Origin: Gemmatimonadota bacterium
Lineage (GTDB): Bacteria; Gemmatimonadota; Gemmatimonadetes; Gemmatimonadales; GWC2-71-9
Reading direction: 5' to 3'
Assembly (NCBI GenBank): GCA_003221895.1
Contig: QHUJ01000121.1
Span: forward strand, 5,847 to 69,846
DNA: 64,000 nt
Part shown: one piece after another, positions 26,620-34,601 of the stretch
Layout of the letters: the number at the start of each line of letters is the position of its first letter
Position numbering within the stretch: position 1 is the first letter of the stretch
The notes under the pieces: model-generated
Told to the model about the DNA's origin: nothing
What the model saw: only the letters and a program-made list of their open reading frames with translations
Databases searched by the model: none
Made by a program: the position numbers and the translations under genes

Positions 26620-28733
26620 TCCGCCGCCTGTTGCTCGGGCGGTTGCTCGTCCGCCAACAACCGAAATGATTTCACGGCACCCGTAAGGCGATCAGCTGCT
26701 TCTGCAAGCTGGTTCGCGGAAGACGCGATCTCCTGCGTAGAGGCGCTCTGCTCTTCGCCTGAGGCTGCCAGCTCCTCGGCCGACGCCAGCAAGCTGTCGG
26801 TCTGGCCCGCGACCGTTTCCAGCCGGTTCGCGATTTCCTCCACGAGAGCACGTAACTCGGCAGCGGATTGGGCGGTTTCGCGGCTCCACGCGTCGTTGGC
26901 GTCGGCTTGGCCCGCCACCGTCGCCAATCCCTGCGCGGCCGTCTGCGATGCCTCGCGCGCAGCCGCGCCGGCTTCGGCGAGGCGTACGAGCCGGTCGCGG
27001 GTCGCCTGCACGCGGGCGAGCACACCACGGACCGTGTCGGCTGTTTCCCCCGCCGCAGCGGCTGCCACCGACGCGAGCTTTCGCACCTCATCTGCTACGA
27101 CCGCGAACCCGCGACCCTGCGGTCCGGCGCGCGCCGCTTCGATCGCGGCGTTCAAGGCCAGCATGTTCGTCTGCGTTGCGACGGCCTTCGTCTGTGCCAC
27201 GAAGGTCTGAATCTTCGCGGACGCCTGGGCGAGGGCTTCCGCCTCCTCCGCGCCTTTCGCGACTTCGTCGGCGAGCTTTGCCAGCCGCACGGTGCTCTGA
27301 TCGAGACCGTCCTTGTGGCGACGGGCGAGCGCCGAGACGTCGGCGTTGCGGCGCGCCGACTCCTCGGCTCCCTGCGCCAGTTTCGCGGCGATCTGGAGAA
27401 TCCGCGCTGCATCGTCGGCGGCAGCGCGCACGAGCTGCGCCTGCTCGCCGGCGCGCTTCGAGAGATCCTGCGACGTCGCTGCCATCTCTTCCGTCGACGC
27501 GCTCATTTCTTCAGTGGATGCCGAGATCTCCGTCGCCATCGCGGCCGCTTCATCGGCGGCGGTGCGGATCGCGCCTACGAGCCGTCGTAACGCAACCACC
27601 ATCGAGTGGACCGACGACAGGAGCTCGGCAACCTCCGTGGCATCGGCACGATGGGTAACGACCGTAACCGACAGATCGCCGCCCGCTACCCGGCTGGCGA
27701 TCGCTCCGGCGGCACGCACCGGCTCTGTGACGAGACTCCCCAGGCGCTGAGACAACCAGAACAGGGTCGCGACCGCCACGGCCGCCACGAGCAGCGCTCC
27801 GAGCCACACGGCTCGTTGTGTACTGCGTGCCACGGCGAACGCCGTGGCGGCGGGCTCGCGGTAGAGCACCCACCATTCTCCCTGGTTGGCGGGCACCGAC
27901 ACGACCAGCTGCTCCTCACCCCGGTTGGTGGTGATATGCGCCGCTGTCGCATCGGCCGCGAGCGGTATCCGGTCCTTATCGGGCAGCGGCAGCAGCAGGA
28001 GATTGGGGTCCTTCGAAACGATCACGTCGCCGTGGTTGTCGACCACCTCGAGGTACGCGCGGCCGGCCAGCTCTTCAGTGCCGAGCAACGCCGCCAGCCG
28101 ATTGAGGCCGAAGACCGCCTTGACTACACCGATCGGTTGTCGCCTGCCGGTGGTGTGGATCGGCACGTCGATCTGGAGCGACGCCGCGCCCGTGGACGAG
28201 TCGAACTCCGCTTCGCCTTCGTACAATCCCTCCTGCGTGCGCTGCCACCACGCTTCGTCGCGCTGCACGAAGTCCGAGGGACGATCCGATACCACGACGT
28301 TCAGCCCGTGGCTCTCTGTGACGATGATTTCGGAGAGATCGGAGATCGTGGTGGTCGTATAGGCACGCAGGTAATCGCGCAATGCGGCGTCGCCACCCAG
28401 CTGGCGAGTCGCATTGAACATCCGTTCCAGGTCCGGAATCGCCATGCGGTCGAGCCCGCGCGACACGGCGTCCTGATCGGCCTGGCGAACCAGGGTCACG
28501 AGTTGAGGCAGGCTGGCCAGCGCCACGACCTCACGGCGGCGCTCCTTCAGATACTGCGTTACGATCGCCGCGACGCGGGTGGCAACGTCGCGGCCGCGGA
28601 CGTCCGCTTGGTCTGTGAGGACGCTGCCGACGCGGCTACTGGTGAGCCAGGCGACGAAGACGATGAGCAGAACGGCGGCGCCGGTACCTGAAATCAGAAA
28701 GCTTTGCCGCAGTTGTTGAGACTTTATGGCCAT
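26616..28733 (-). CDS. Methyl-accepting chemotaxis protein with a periplasmic Cache-like sensor and a HAMP domain
   Basis: Two TM segments flank a ~280-aa sensor. HAMP is followed by the conserved signalling hairpin [33 protein letters not shown]. No che genes are in the window. Confidence 0.9.
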   Translation of the reverse strand: MAIKSQQLRQSFLISGTGAAVLLIVFVAWLTSSRVGSVLTDQADVRGRDVATRVAAIVTQYLKERRREVVALASLPQLVTLVRQADQDAVSRGLDRMAIPDLERMFNATRQLGGDAALRDYLRAYTTTTISDLSEIIVTESHGLNVVVSDRPSDFVQRDEAWWQRTQEGLYEGEAEFDSSTGAASLQIDVPIHTTGRRQPIGVVKAVFGLNRLAALLGTEELAGRAYLEVVDNHGDVIVSKDPNLLLLPLPDKDRIPLAADATAAHITTNRGEEQLVVSVPANQGEWWVLYREPAATAFAVARSTQRAVWLGALLVAAVAVATLFWLSQRLGSLVTEPVRAAGAIASRVAGGDLSVTVVTHRADATEVAELLSSVHSMVVALRRLVGAIRTAADEAAAMATEISASTEEMSASTEEMAATSQDLSKRAGEQAQLVRAAADDAARILQIAAKLAQGAEESARRNADVSALARRHKDGLDQSTVRLAKLADEVAKGAEEAEALAQASAKIQTFVAQTKAVATQTNMLALNAAIEAARAGPQGRGFAVVADEVRKLASVAAAAAGETADTVRGVLARVQATRDRLVRLAEAGAAAREASQTAAQGLATVAGQADANDAWSRETAQSAAELRALVEEIANRLETVAGQTDSLLASAEELAASGEEQSASTQEIASSANQLAEAADRLTGAVKSFRLLADEQPPEQQAAD

Positions 28734-28760
28734 TCCCGGAAGGTTTAGTTTTGGTCACGT

Positions 28761-31175
28761 ATGCGCAACATCCCAAGCTACGATCCGCAGTCGCTCGAGG
28801 CAAAGTGGCAAGCCCACTGGGCGGCACGTCACACGAACGAACCCGACCTCGATCGGGCGGCGCGGCCGTTCTACAACCTGATGATGTTTCCCTATCCGTC
28901 CGCGGAGGGATTGCACGTCGGCAACATGTTCGCGTTCACCGGCGCGGACATCTACGGTCGCTTCAAGCGCCTCCAGGGCTTCGACGTGTTCGAGCCGATC
29001 GGGTTCGACGCGTTCGGGATCCACTCCGAGAACTACGCGCTGCAGGTCGGTACGAATCCCGCGACGCTGATTCCGCAGAACATCGCCACGTTCCGGCGCC
29101 AGCTACGGCAGTTCGGCGCGATGTACGACTGGCGCCACGAGCTCTCGACGACCGATCCGGCGTACTACAAGTGGACGCAGTGGATCTTCGTTCAGCTCTT
29201 CAAGGCCGGCCTCGCGTACAAGAAGCGCGCGGCGGTGAACTGGTGTCCGAAGGACAAGACAGTCCTCGCGAATGAGCAGGTGATCGACGGCCGCTGCGAG
29301 CGTTGCGGGACAGCGGTCGAGCAGCGCTTCCTCGACCAGTGGTTCTTCCGGATCACCGATTTCGCCGAGCGCCTGCTGGCGAATCTCGATCACATCGACT
29401 GGTCGTCCTCGACCAAGCTGCTCCAGCGCAACTGGATCGGCCGCAGTGAGGGCGCCGAGCTCATGTTCGAGACGCCGAGCGGCAAGAAGATCACGGTGTT
29501 TACGACGCGGCCGGACACCGTGTTCGGCGCCACCTACCTCGTGCTCGCCCCCGAGCATCCGCTAGTCGACGAGCTGACTGCCGTCGAGCATCGCTCGGCC
29601 GTGAAAGCGTATCAGCGCGAGGTGCAATCGAAGGACGTGGTGTCCCGCCGCGTTGGTGACAAGACGAAGAGCGGCGTATTCATCGGCTCCTACGCGCGGA
29701 ATCCCGCGACCGGGGAAGCGATTCCCATCTGGATCGCGGACTACGTGCTCATGGAATACGGCACGGGCGCCATCATGGCGGTGCCGGCGCACGACAAGCG
29801 CGACTTCGAGTTCGCGACGCAGTTCAAGCTTCCGATCCGGCAAGTGGTCGCGACCGAGGGCGAGGGGGAGGGGGAGCCGTTGCCGAGCGTGTCGGAAGGC
29901 GGAAAGCTGATGAACTCGGGAGCATTCGACGGCATGCCCTGCCGCGACGCGGCCCGCAAGATCGTCGCCTGGCTCGCGGAGCGGGGACTCGCCACGCCGC
30001 GCGTGCAGTACCGGCTCCACGACTGGTGCATCTCACGGCAGCGCTACTGGGGACCGCCGATTCCCATCATCTATTGCGAGCAGTGCGGCCCCGTGCCGGT
30101 GCCCGAAAAGGATCTTCCCGTCGAGCTCCCGCTCATCGAGGACTTTCGGCCCGACGACACGGGAGTGAGCCCGCTCGCGCGGCACGAAGAGTGGTACTTC
30201 GTGAAGTGTCCGAAGTGCGGCGGGCAGGGAAGGCGCGAGACCGATGTCTCCGACACGTTCCTCGATTCGGCCTGGTACCACCTGCGTTATCCGTCGACCG
30301 AGTTCCACGACCGGCCGTTCGACCCGGCTCGCACCACGAAGTGGCTTCCGGTGAGCAGCTACATCGGTGGAAACGAGCACGCCGTGCTGCATCTGCTGTA
30401 CGCGCGCTTCATCTGTATGGTGCTGAACGATCTCGGCCATCTGCAGTTCGACACGCCCTACCCAAAGTTCCGGGCGCATGGCCTGATCGTTAAGGACGGT
30501 GCCAAGATGTCGAAATCACGCGGCAACGTCGTCGTTCCTGACACGTACATCAAGGAGTGGGGAGCCGACACTTTCCGCATGTATCTCATGTTCCTCGGCC
30601 CCTTCCAGGAAGGCGGTGATTTCCGGGACGAGGGGATCGTCGGCATTCGCCGCTTCCTCGAGAAGGTCTGGACTCTGGTCCACGAGTCTCCAGCGGGCGG
30701 CGGAGCGACCCATCCGGCAGTGGAGCAGAAGCTGCACCGCACGATCCGCAAAGTGACCGCTGATACCGAAGCGCTGCAGTACAACACCGCCATCGCGGCG
30801 ATGATGGAATACGTGAACGAGATGCGGGAGCGGGGCGCGGGGAGCAGGGAGCTGCTGAAGCCCCTCGTGATCATGCTCGCGCCGTACGCGCCGCACGTTG
30901 CGGAGGAGTTGTGGGCAGTCCTGGGAGAAAGGGAATCCGTGTTGCAGGCTCGCTGGCCCTCATTCGATGAGCAGCTCGCCAGCACCGGTGACGTGGAGAT
31001 CGCCGTTCAAGTCAACGGCAAGCTTCGCTCACGGCTCGTCGTGCCGCGCGGCATGCCGCAGGAGGCGGTCGTGAAGATCGTGTTGTCGGACCCCGTCGTG
31101 AAGAAGTTTGTGGACAGCCAGAAGGTCAGGAAGGTGATTTATGTGCAGGACCGCCTGGTCAACCTGGTCGTCTAA
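28761..31175 (+). CDS. leuS: Leucine--tRNA ligase
   Basis: Has a HIGH-type motif (GLHVGN), KMSKS (GAKMSKSRGN) and a CP1 editing domain. Length is 804 aa. Confidence 0.96.
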   Translation: MRNIPSYDPQSLEAKWQAHWAARHTNEPDLDRAARPFYNLMMFPYPSAEGLHVGNMFAFTGADIYGRFKRLQGFDVFEPIGFDAFGIHSENYALQVGTNPATLIPQNIATFRRQLRQFGAMYDWRHELSTTDPAYYKWTQWIFVQLFKAGLAYKKRAAVNWCPKDKTVLANEQVIDGRCERCGTAVEQRFLDQWFFRITDFAERLLANLDHIDWSSSTKLLQRNWIGRSEGAELMFETPSGKKITVFTTRPDTVFGATYLVLAPEHPLVDELTAVEHRSAVKAYQREVQSKDVVSRRVGDKTKSGVFIGSYARNPATGEAIPIWIADYVLMEYGTGAIMAVPAHDKRDFEFATQFKLPIRQVVATEGEGEGEPLPSVSEGGKLMNSGAFDGMPCRDAARKIVAWLAERGLATPRVQYRLHDWCISRQRYWGPPIPIIYCEQCGPVPVPEKDLPVELPLIEDFRPDDTGVSPLARHEEWYFVKCPKCGGQGRRETDVSDTFLDSAWYHLRYPSTEFHDRPFDPARTTKWLPVSSYIGGNEHAVLHLLYARFICMVLNDLGHLQFDTPYPKFRAHGLIVKDGAKMSKSRGNVVVPDTYIKEWGADTFRMYLMFLGPFQEGGDFRDEGIVGIRRFLEKVWTLVHESPAGGGATHPAVEQKLHRTIRKVTADTEALQYNTAIAAMMEYVNEMRERGAGSRELLKPLVIMLAPYAPHVAEELWAVLGERESVLQARWPSFDEQLASTGDVEIAVQVNGKLRSRLVVPRGMPQEAVVKIVLSDPVVKKFVDSQKVRKVIYVQDRLVNLVV

Positions 31176-32278
31176 AGGACCCGCGCAACCAGATCGCCGA
31201 CGAAGTAGCCGACTGCCGCGACGCCGACTCCGATCACAAACATGTCGACGCCGCTGCGAATGACGCCCCGGCCCGTGAAAAAGCTGCGCGCCCCGCCGAC
31301 CGCGAAGTGTGACAGCATCGCAATGGAGAACGCCGTCCAGATCGCGGTGCGCCCTTCGAACACGAGGAAGGGCGCGACCGGAATCAACGCCCCGATTGCG
31401 GTGGCGACACCGGTGATCCAGCCTTCGCGAAACGGCGTGGCGTGTGCTTTCCCGATCTTCAGCTCCTCGCGCACCGATTCGCCCAGTGCGCGCTCCGGAT
31501 CGCGCATGACCTCTTCCGCCATGCGCCGGGCGGTGCCCGGCTCGAGGCCTTTGGCTTCATACAGCAACGCCAGCTCCTCCTCCTCCACCTCCGGCATCAG
31601 GCGGATCTCTTCCTTCTCCATCGCGATCTCGTGGTCGTAGACCTCTTGCTCGCTCTTTGCCGCGAGATAGCCCGATGAGCCCATCGAGAGCGCGTCCGCG
31701 ATCATTCCGGCGACGCCGGAGATCATGATGACGTGTGGCGGAACCGCGGCGCCGATGACACCGGCGACGAGACCAAAATTCGCCGTCAACCCGTCATTGA
31801 AACCGTAGACGACATTGCGGAGAAACCCGCCCGACCCGCTCTTGTGCCACGGCTCGCTTCCCTTGCCGGAAAGCCCCGCGAGCGTTTCCGCATGCGCGGC
31901 CGACTCCTTGGCGAGCTGCAGCGAGACTTCCTGGGCGTCGGGGAGGGTCGATGATTTGTGAAGGTCGAGATACCCCTTCACTTCCTGCCCTTCTTCACGC
32001 AGCAACAGCGGTAGCAAGAATCGTGTCCCGAAGCGGCGGCCGACCCAGGCCCGGATCTTCGCGTTCAGCGACGGGCGCGCGTGTTCGACCTTGTGGCCGT
32101 GCGCGGCGAGCAGCTTGCCCCACATCTGGACGTGCCGCTCCTCGACACCGGCCAGCTTGATGTAGACGTCTTTCCTGTGGGGATCAGTCTCCTGGCCGGC
32201 CAAGGCCAGGTACAGGTAGGCCGCGTCGGCCTCGTCTTGCCAGTGATGTAACCAGTCCTGTAGGTCGGGATCGGGCAT
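31172..32278 (-). CDS. mbfA: Erythrin(ferritin-like)-VIT1/CCC1 fusion, MbfA-type iron exporter
   Basis: The N-terminal ferritin-like domain has EADAAYLY and GVEERHVQMW. The C-terminal VIT1 part has GFNDGLTANFGLVAGV and TM helices. I prefer the ATG at 32278; the ORF track starts at a TTG at 32305. Confidence 0.75.
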   Translation of the reverse strand: MPDPDLQDWLHHWQDEADAAYLYLALAGQETDPHRKDVYIKLAGVEERHVQMWGKLLAAHGHKVEHARPSLNAKIRAWVGRRFGTRFLLPLLLREEGQEVKGYLDLHKSSTLPDAQEVSLQLAKESAAHAETLAGLSGKGSEPWHKSGSGGFLRNVVYGFNDGLTANFGLVAGVIGAAVPPHVIMISGVAGMIADALSMGSSGYLAAKSEQEVYDHEIAMEKEEIRLMPEVEEEELALLYEAKGLEPGTARRMAEEVMRDPERALGESVREELKIGKAHATPFREGWITGVATAIGALIPVAPFLVFEGRTAIWTAFSIAMLSHFAVGGARSFFTGRGVIRSGVDMFVIGVGVAAVGYFVGDLVARVL

Positions 32279-32327
32279 GACCGAAGATATCCCTGGAAAG
32301 CTCAAGTTCCTACCGGCTAACTACTTA

Positions 32328-32397
32328 GGTGCGTGGTGTGTAGTACGTGGTGCGTGGCATCGCAGTCCCACGCACCACGCACCACGAACTACGCACC
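32328..32397. repeat. Array of five GGTGCGT/ACGCACC heptamers around a 12-bp GC-rich hairpin, in a divergent promoter region
   Basis: GGTGCGT is at 32328 and 32349. ACGCACC is at 32370, 32377 and 32391. The stem CGTGGTGCGTGG (32346-32357) pairs with CCACGCACCACG (32368-32379) across a 10-nt loop. Confidence 0.6.
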
Positions 32398-32443
32398 GTC
32401 GCACGCGACGGTATAAGTCCTTATCGCATCTTATAGATCGGAC

Positions 32444-32992
32444 ATGACCGTGTCTCTGGCCGTCCCGGACATCCTTGTCGCCCGCGCCCAAGCTGGTGAT
32501 GAAGAGGCCCTCGAAGCCCTGTACCGGGCCTTCGAAACGCCGGTCTACAACCTGGCGCGGCGGATGCTCAAGCGGCCCGAGGACGCCGAGGACGTGTTGC
32601 AAGAGACGTTTCTCGAGGTGGTGCGGAGCATCACGCAGTATCGCGGCGAGGGGCATCTGTGGGGCTGGGTTCGGCGCATCGCGTCGACCAAGGCGCTCAT
32701 GCGGATTCGTCGCGATCAGATTCGCGCAACCGAGCCGCTGGACGAGGAGCCGGGCAAGCACGGCATGCACATTGGGGCAAACATCGATCTCGAGCGCGCG
32801 TTCGAGCAATTGTCGGAGACTTCGCGCGCGGTGGTGTGGCTGCACGACGTCGAGGGATACACCCACGAGGAGATCGCCGAGCAGATGGGCAAGTCGGTCA
32901 GTTTTTCCAAGTCGCAGCTCGCGCGGGCCCACGCGCGGTTGCGGCGCATGCTGGACGTAGATGCCGGAGAGGCTGGAGGAACACACGCATGA
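32444..32992 (+). CDS. ECF-type RNA polymerase sigma-70 factor
   Basis: Region 2 contains DVLQETFLEV. Region 4 has the HTH VVWLHDVEGYTHEEIAEQMGKSVSFSKSQLARA. Length is 182 aa. Confidence 0.9.
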   Translation: MTVSLAVPDILVARAQAGDEEALEALYRAFETPVYNLARRMLKRPEDAEDVLQETFLEVVRSITQYRGEGHLWGWVRRIASTKALMRIRRDQIRATEPLDEEPGKHGMHIGANIDLERAFEQLSETSRAVVWLHDVEGYTHEEIAEQMGKSVSFSKSQLARAHARLRRMLDVDAGEAGGTHA

Positions 32993-33567
32993 TGCATTGT
33001 ACGATGGAAGATCTAGGAGCGCTGCGGGCTGGTGAGGGTTCGGTGTGGGCGCGCCGGCACATCACCACCTGCGCCAGCTGTCAAAAGGAATTGGAAGCGC
33101 TCTATCAGCGAGTCGCGCAGCTCAAGGCGCTGCCGGCCCTGCGACCGCCGCGCGATCGGTGGCCCGCCGTGAAAGCGGTGATCCGGGCAGAGCGCTCCCG
33201 GAAGCGCCGCACCTGGAGGGCGTGGACGGGAAGCCTCGCCGCCGCCGCCGTTCTCGCGGGAATTCTGTTGATGCAGCCGGGCCAAAGCGGCCAGCTCTAT
33301 GCCGAGCTCAGTACAGCCAAACAGCAATCCGCGACACTCGAAGACTCACTGCAGCAATACGACATCGACGGCCGTGTGTTGAGCGGACACGCGGCGGCCG
33401 TCGTCGCCGATCTGGAAGACCGCATTTCCGCAATCGATGGCAGCCTCGCACAGCAACGGCAAGACGTGCAGGACGCCCAGCTCGTGAGACTCTGGCAGCA
33501 GCGGGTCGGCTTGATGCGGCAGCTGGTCAACGCCCGCGCCACGCGCGCCCGCTACGTTGGGCTTTAG
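32989..33567 (+). CDS. Single-pass anti-sigma factor (zf-HC2-like)
   Basis: It has an ATGA overlap with the sigma gene. It carries HITTCASCQKE, one TM helix (LAAAAVLAGILLM), and a coiled-coil-like periplasmic tail. Confidence 0.7.
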   Translation: MMHCTMEDLGALRAGEGSVWARRHITTCASCQKELEALYQRVAQLKALPALRPPRDRWPAVKAVIRAERSRKRRTWRAWTGSLAAAAVLAGILLMQPGQSGQLYAELSTAKQQSATLEDSLQQYDIDGRVLSGHAAAVVADLEDRISAIDGSLAQQRQDVQDAQLVRLWQQRVGLMRQLVNARATRARYVGL

Positions 33568-33579
33568 GGCCCTGGAGGA

Positions 33580-34548
33580 ATGATGCTTCGCAACATGACG
33601 ATGGCAGCGCTTGCCGTCAGTTTGATCGTACCGGCCGCGTCCGGTGCACAGGAAGCCCCGCGCGCGCGGACCCCGAGCCGGCCGCGCGTACGCGTCCAAT
33701 CGGGTCCGTATAGTGTGTTCGCGCTCGGCGCTAGTCGTGGGCGGATCGGTGTGATCGTCGACACGCACGCCGACGCGACCGGGGACAAGGTCGGAGCGCG
33801 GATCGAGGGTATTACGCCGGGCGGGCCGGCCGAGAAGGCGGGCCTCAAGGCAGGTGACATCATCACCCGATTCCGCGGCACGGCGCTGGCCGGCGCGAAG
33901 GCGCAGGACGAAGAGGATTCCGGCCCGGGAATGAAGTTGATCGATCTCGCTCGCGCGCTCGATCCCGGCGATACGGTCCAGGTCGAGTACCGCCGCGGCA
34001 ATGAGCCGAAGAAGGCGGCGATCGTAGCCGAGGACCTGGGTGGCGGCGGGTGGGCCGGGCCGGGCCCCGGTATGATGGAAGACATGATGCCCAGGATGCG
34101 GTTTGGCCCCGGAGACGACTTCGAATTTGCATTCGGCCGTCCGTGGGGAGGCATTGAGCTCGTGAAGTTGAACCCCGATCTCGGTGACTATTTCGGCGCG
34201 CGGGAAGGTGTCCTGGTCGTGAGCGCGCCTCGTGACTCCACGCTTGGGCTCAAAGGCGGGGACGTCATCACGGCGATTGGCGGCCGCAAGCCCGCATCGC
34301 CGGAGCAGGCGATGCGCATCCTCCGCTCCTACGATCCCGGTGACACGGTGTCGGTCAACGTACTCCGGAAGAAGAAAGCAATCACCGTAACGTGGGTCGT
34401 GCCGGAGCGGGAAGATCACTTCTACAAGATGGCGCCACACATGCGTGAGGAGCCCAGCTGGTTCGAGCTCGCGCCCAAGGTGCGGCGACACATTGAGATT
34501 CCGGAGTTGAAGATTCGCGAGGTGATTCGGACCAGCCGGGCGATCTAG
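33580..34548 (+). CDS. Secreted protein with two PDZ domains and no recognisable protease domain
   Basis: Signal peptide is MMLRNMTMAALAVSLIVPAASGAQ. PDZ-like segments are GITPGGPAEKAGLKAGDIIT and VSAPRDSTLGLKGGDVITAIGG. Confidence 0.7.
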   Translation: MMLRNMTMAALAVSLIVPAASGAQEAPRARTPSRPRVRVQSGPYSVFALGASRGRIGVIVDTHADATGDKVGARIEGITPGGPAEKAGLKAGDIITRFRGTALAGAKAQDEEDSGPGMKLIDLARALDPGDTVQVEYRRGNEPKKAAIVAEDLGGGGWAGPGPGMMEDMMPRMRFGPGDDFEFAFGRPWGGIELVKLNPDLGDYFGAREGVLVVSAPRDSTLGLKGGDVITAIGGRKPASPEQAMRILRSYDPGDTVSVNVLRKKKAITVTWVVPEREDHFYKMAPHMREEPSWFELAPKVRRHIEIPELKIREVIRTSRAI

Positions 34549-34560
34549 TCCAAGGGCTTG

Positions 34561-34588
34561 GTAGGGGCGCAGCATGCTGCGCCCCTAC
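34561..34588. terminator. Perfect 28-nt palindrome, a bidirectional terminator candidate between convergent genes
   Basis: The sequence GTAGGGGCGCAGCATGCTGCGCCCCTAC is its own reverse complement. It is followed by GTTGTTTTA on the + strand. Confidence 0.7.
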
Positions 34589-34601
34589 ACAGCCCGTTGT
34601 T

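Noticed and set aside
27480-27540. An apparent direct DNA repeat encoding [14 protein letters not shown] in the chemoreceptor gene.
   Set aside because: This is the normal heptad-repeat, methylation-region-like low complexity of MCP coiled coils. It is not a mobile or hypervariable repeat.
32321-32986. A 221-aa minus-strand ORF covering the ECF sigma gene and the heptamer array.
   Set aside because: It is antisense to a clear sigma-70 ECF gene. Its C-terminal HAPRTTHHAPK tail merely reflects the GGTGCGT repeats.
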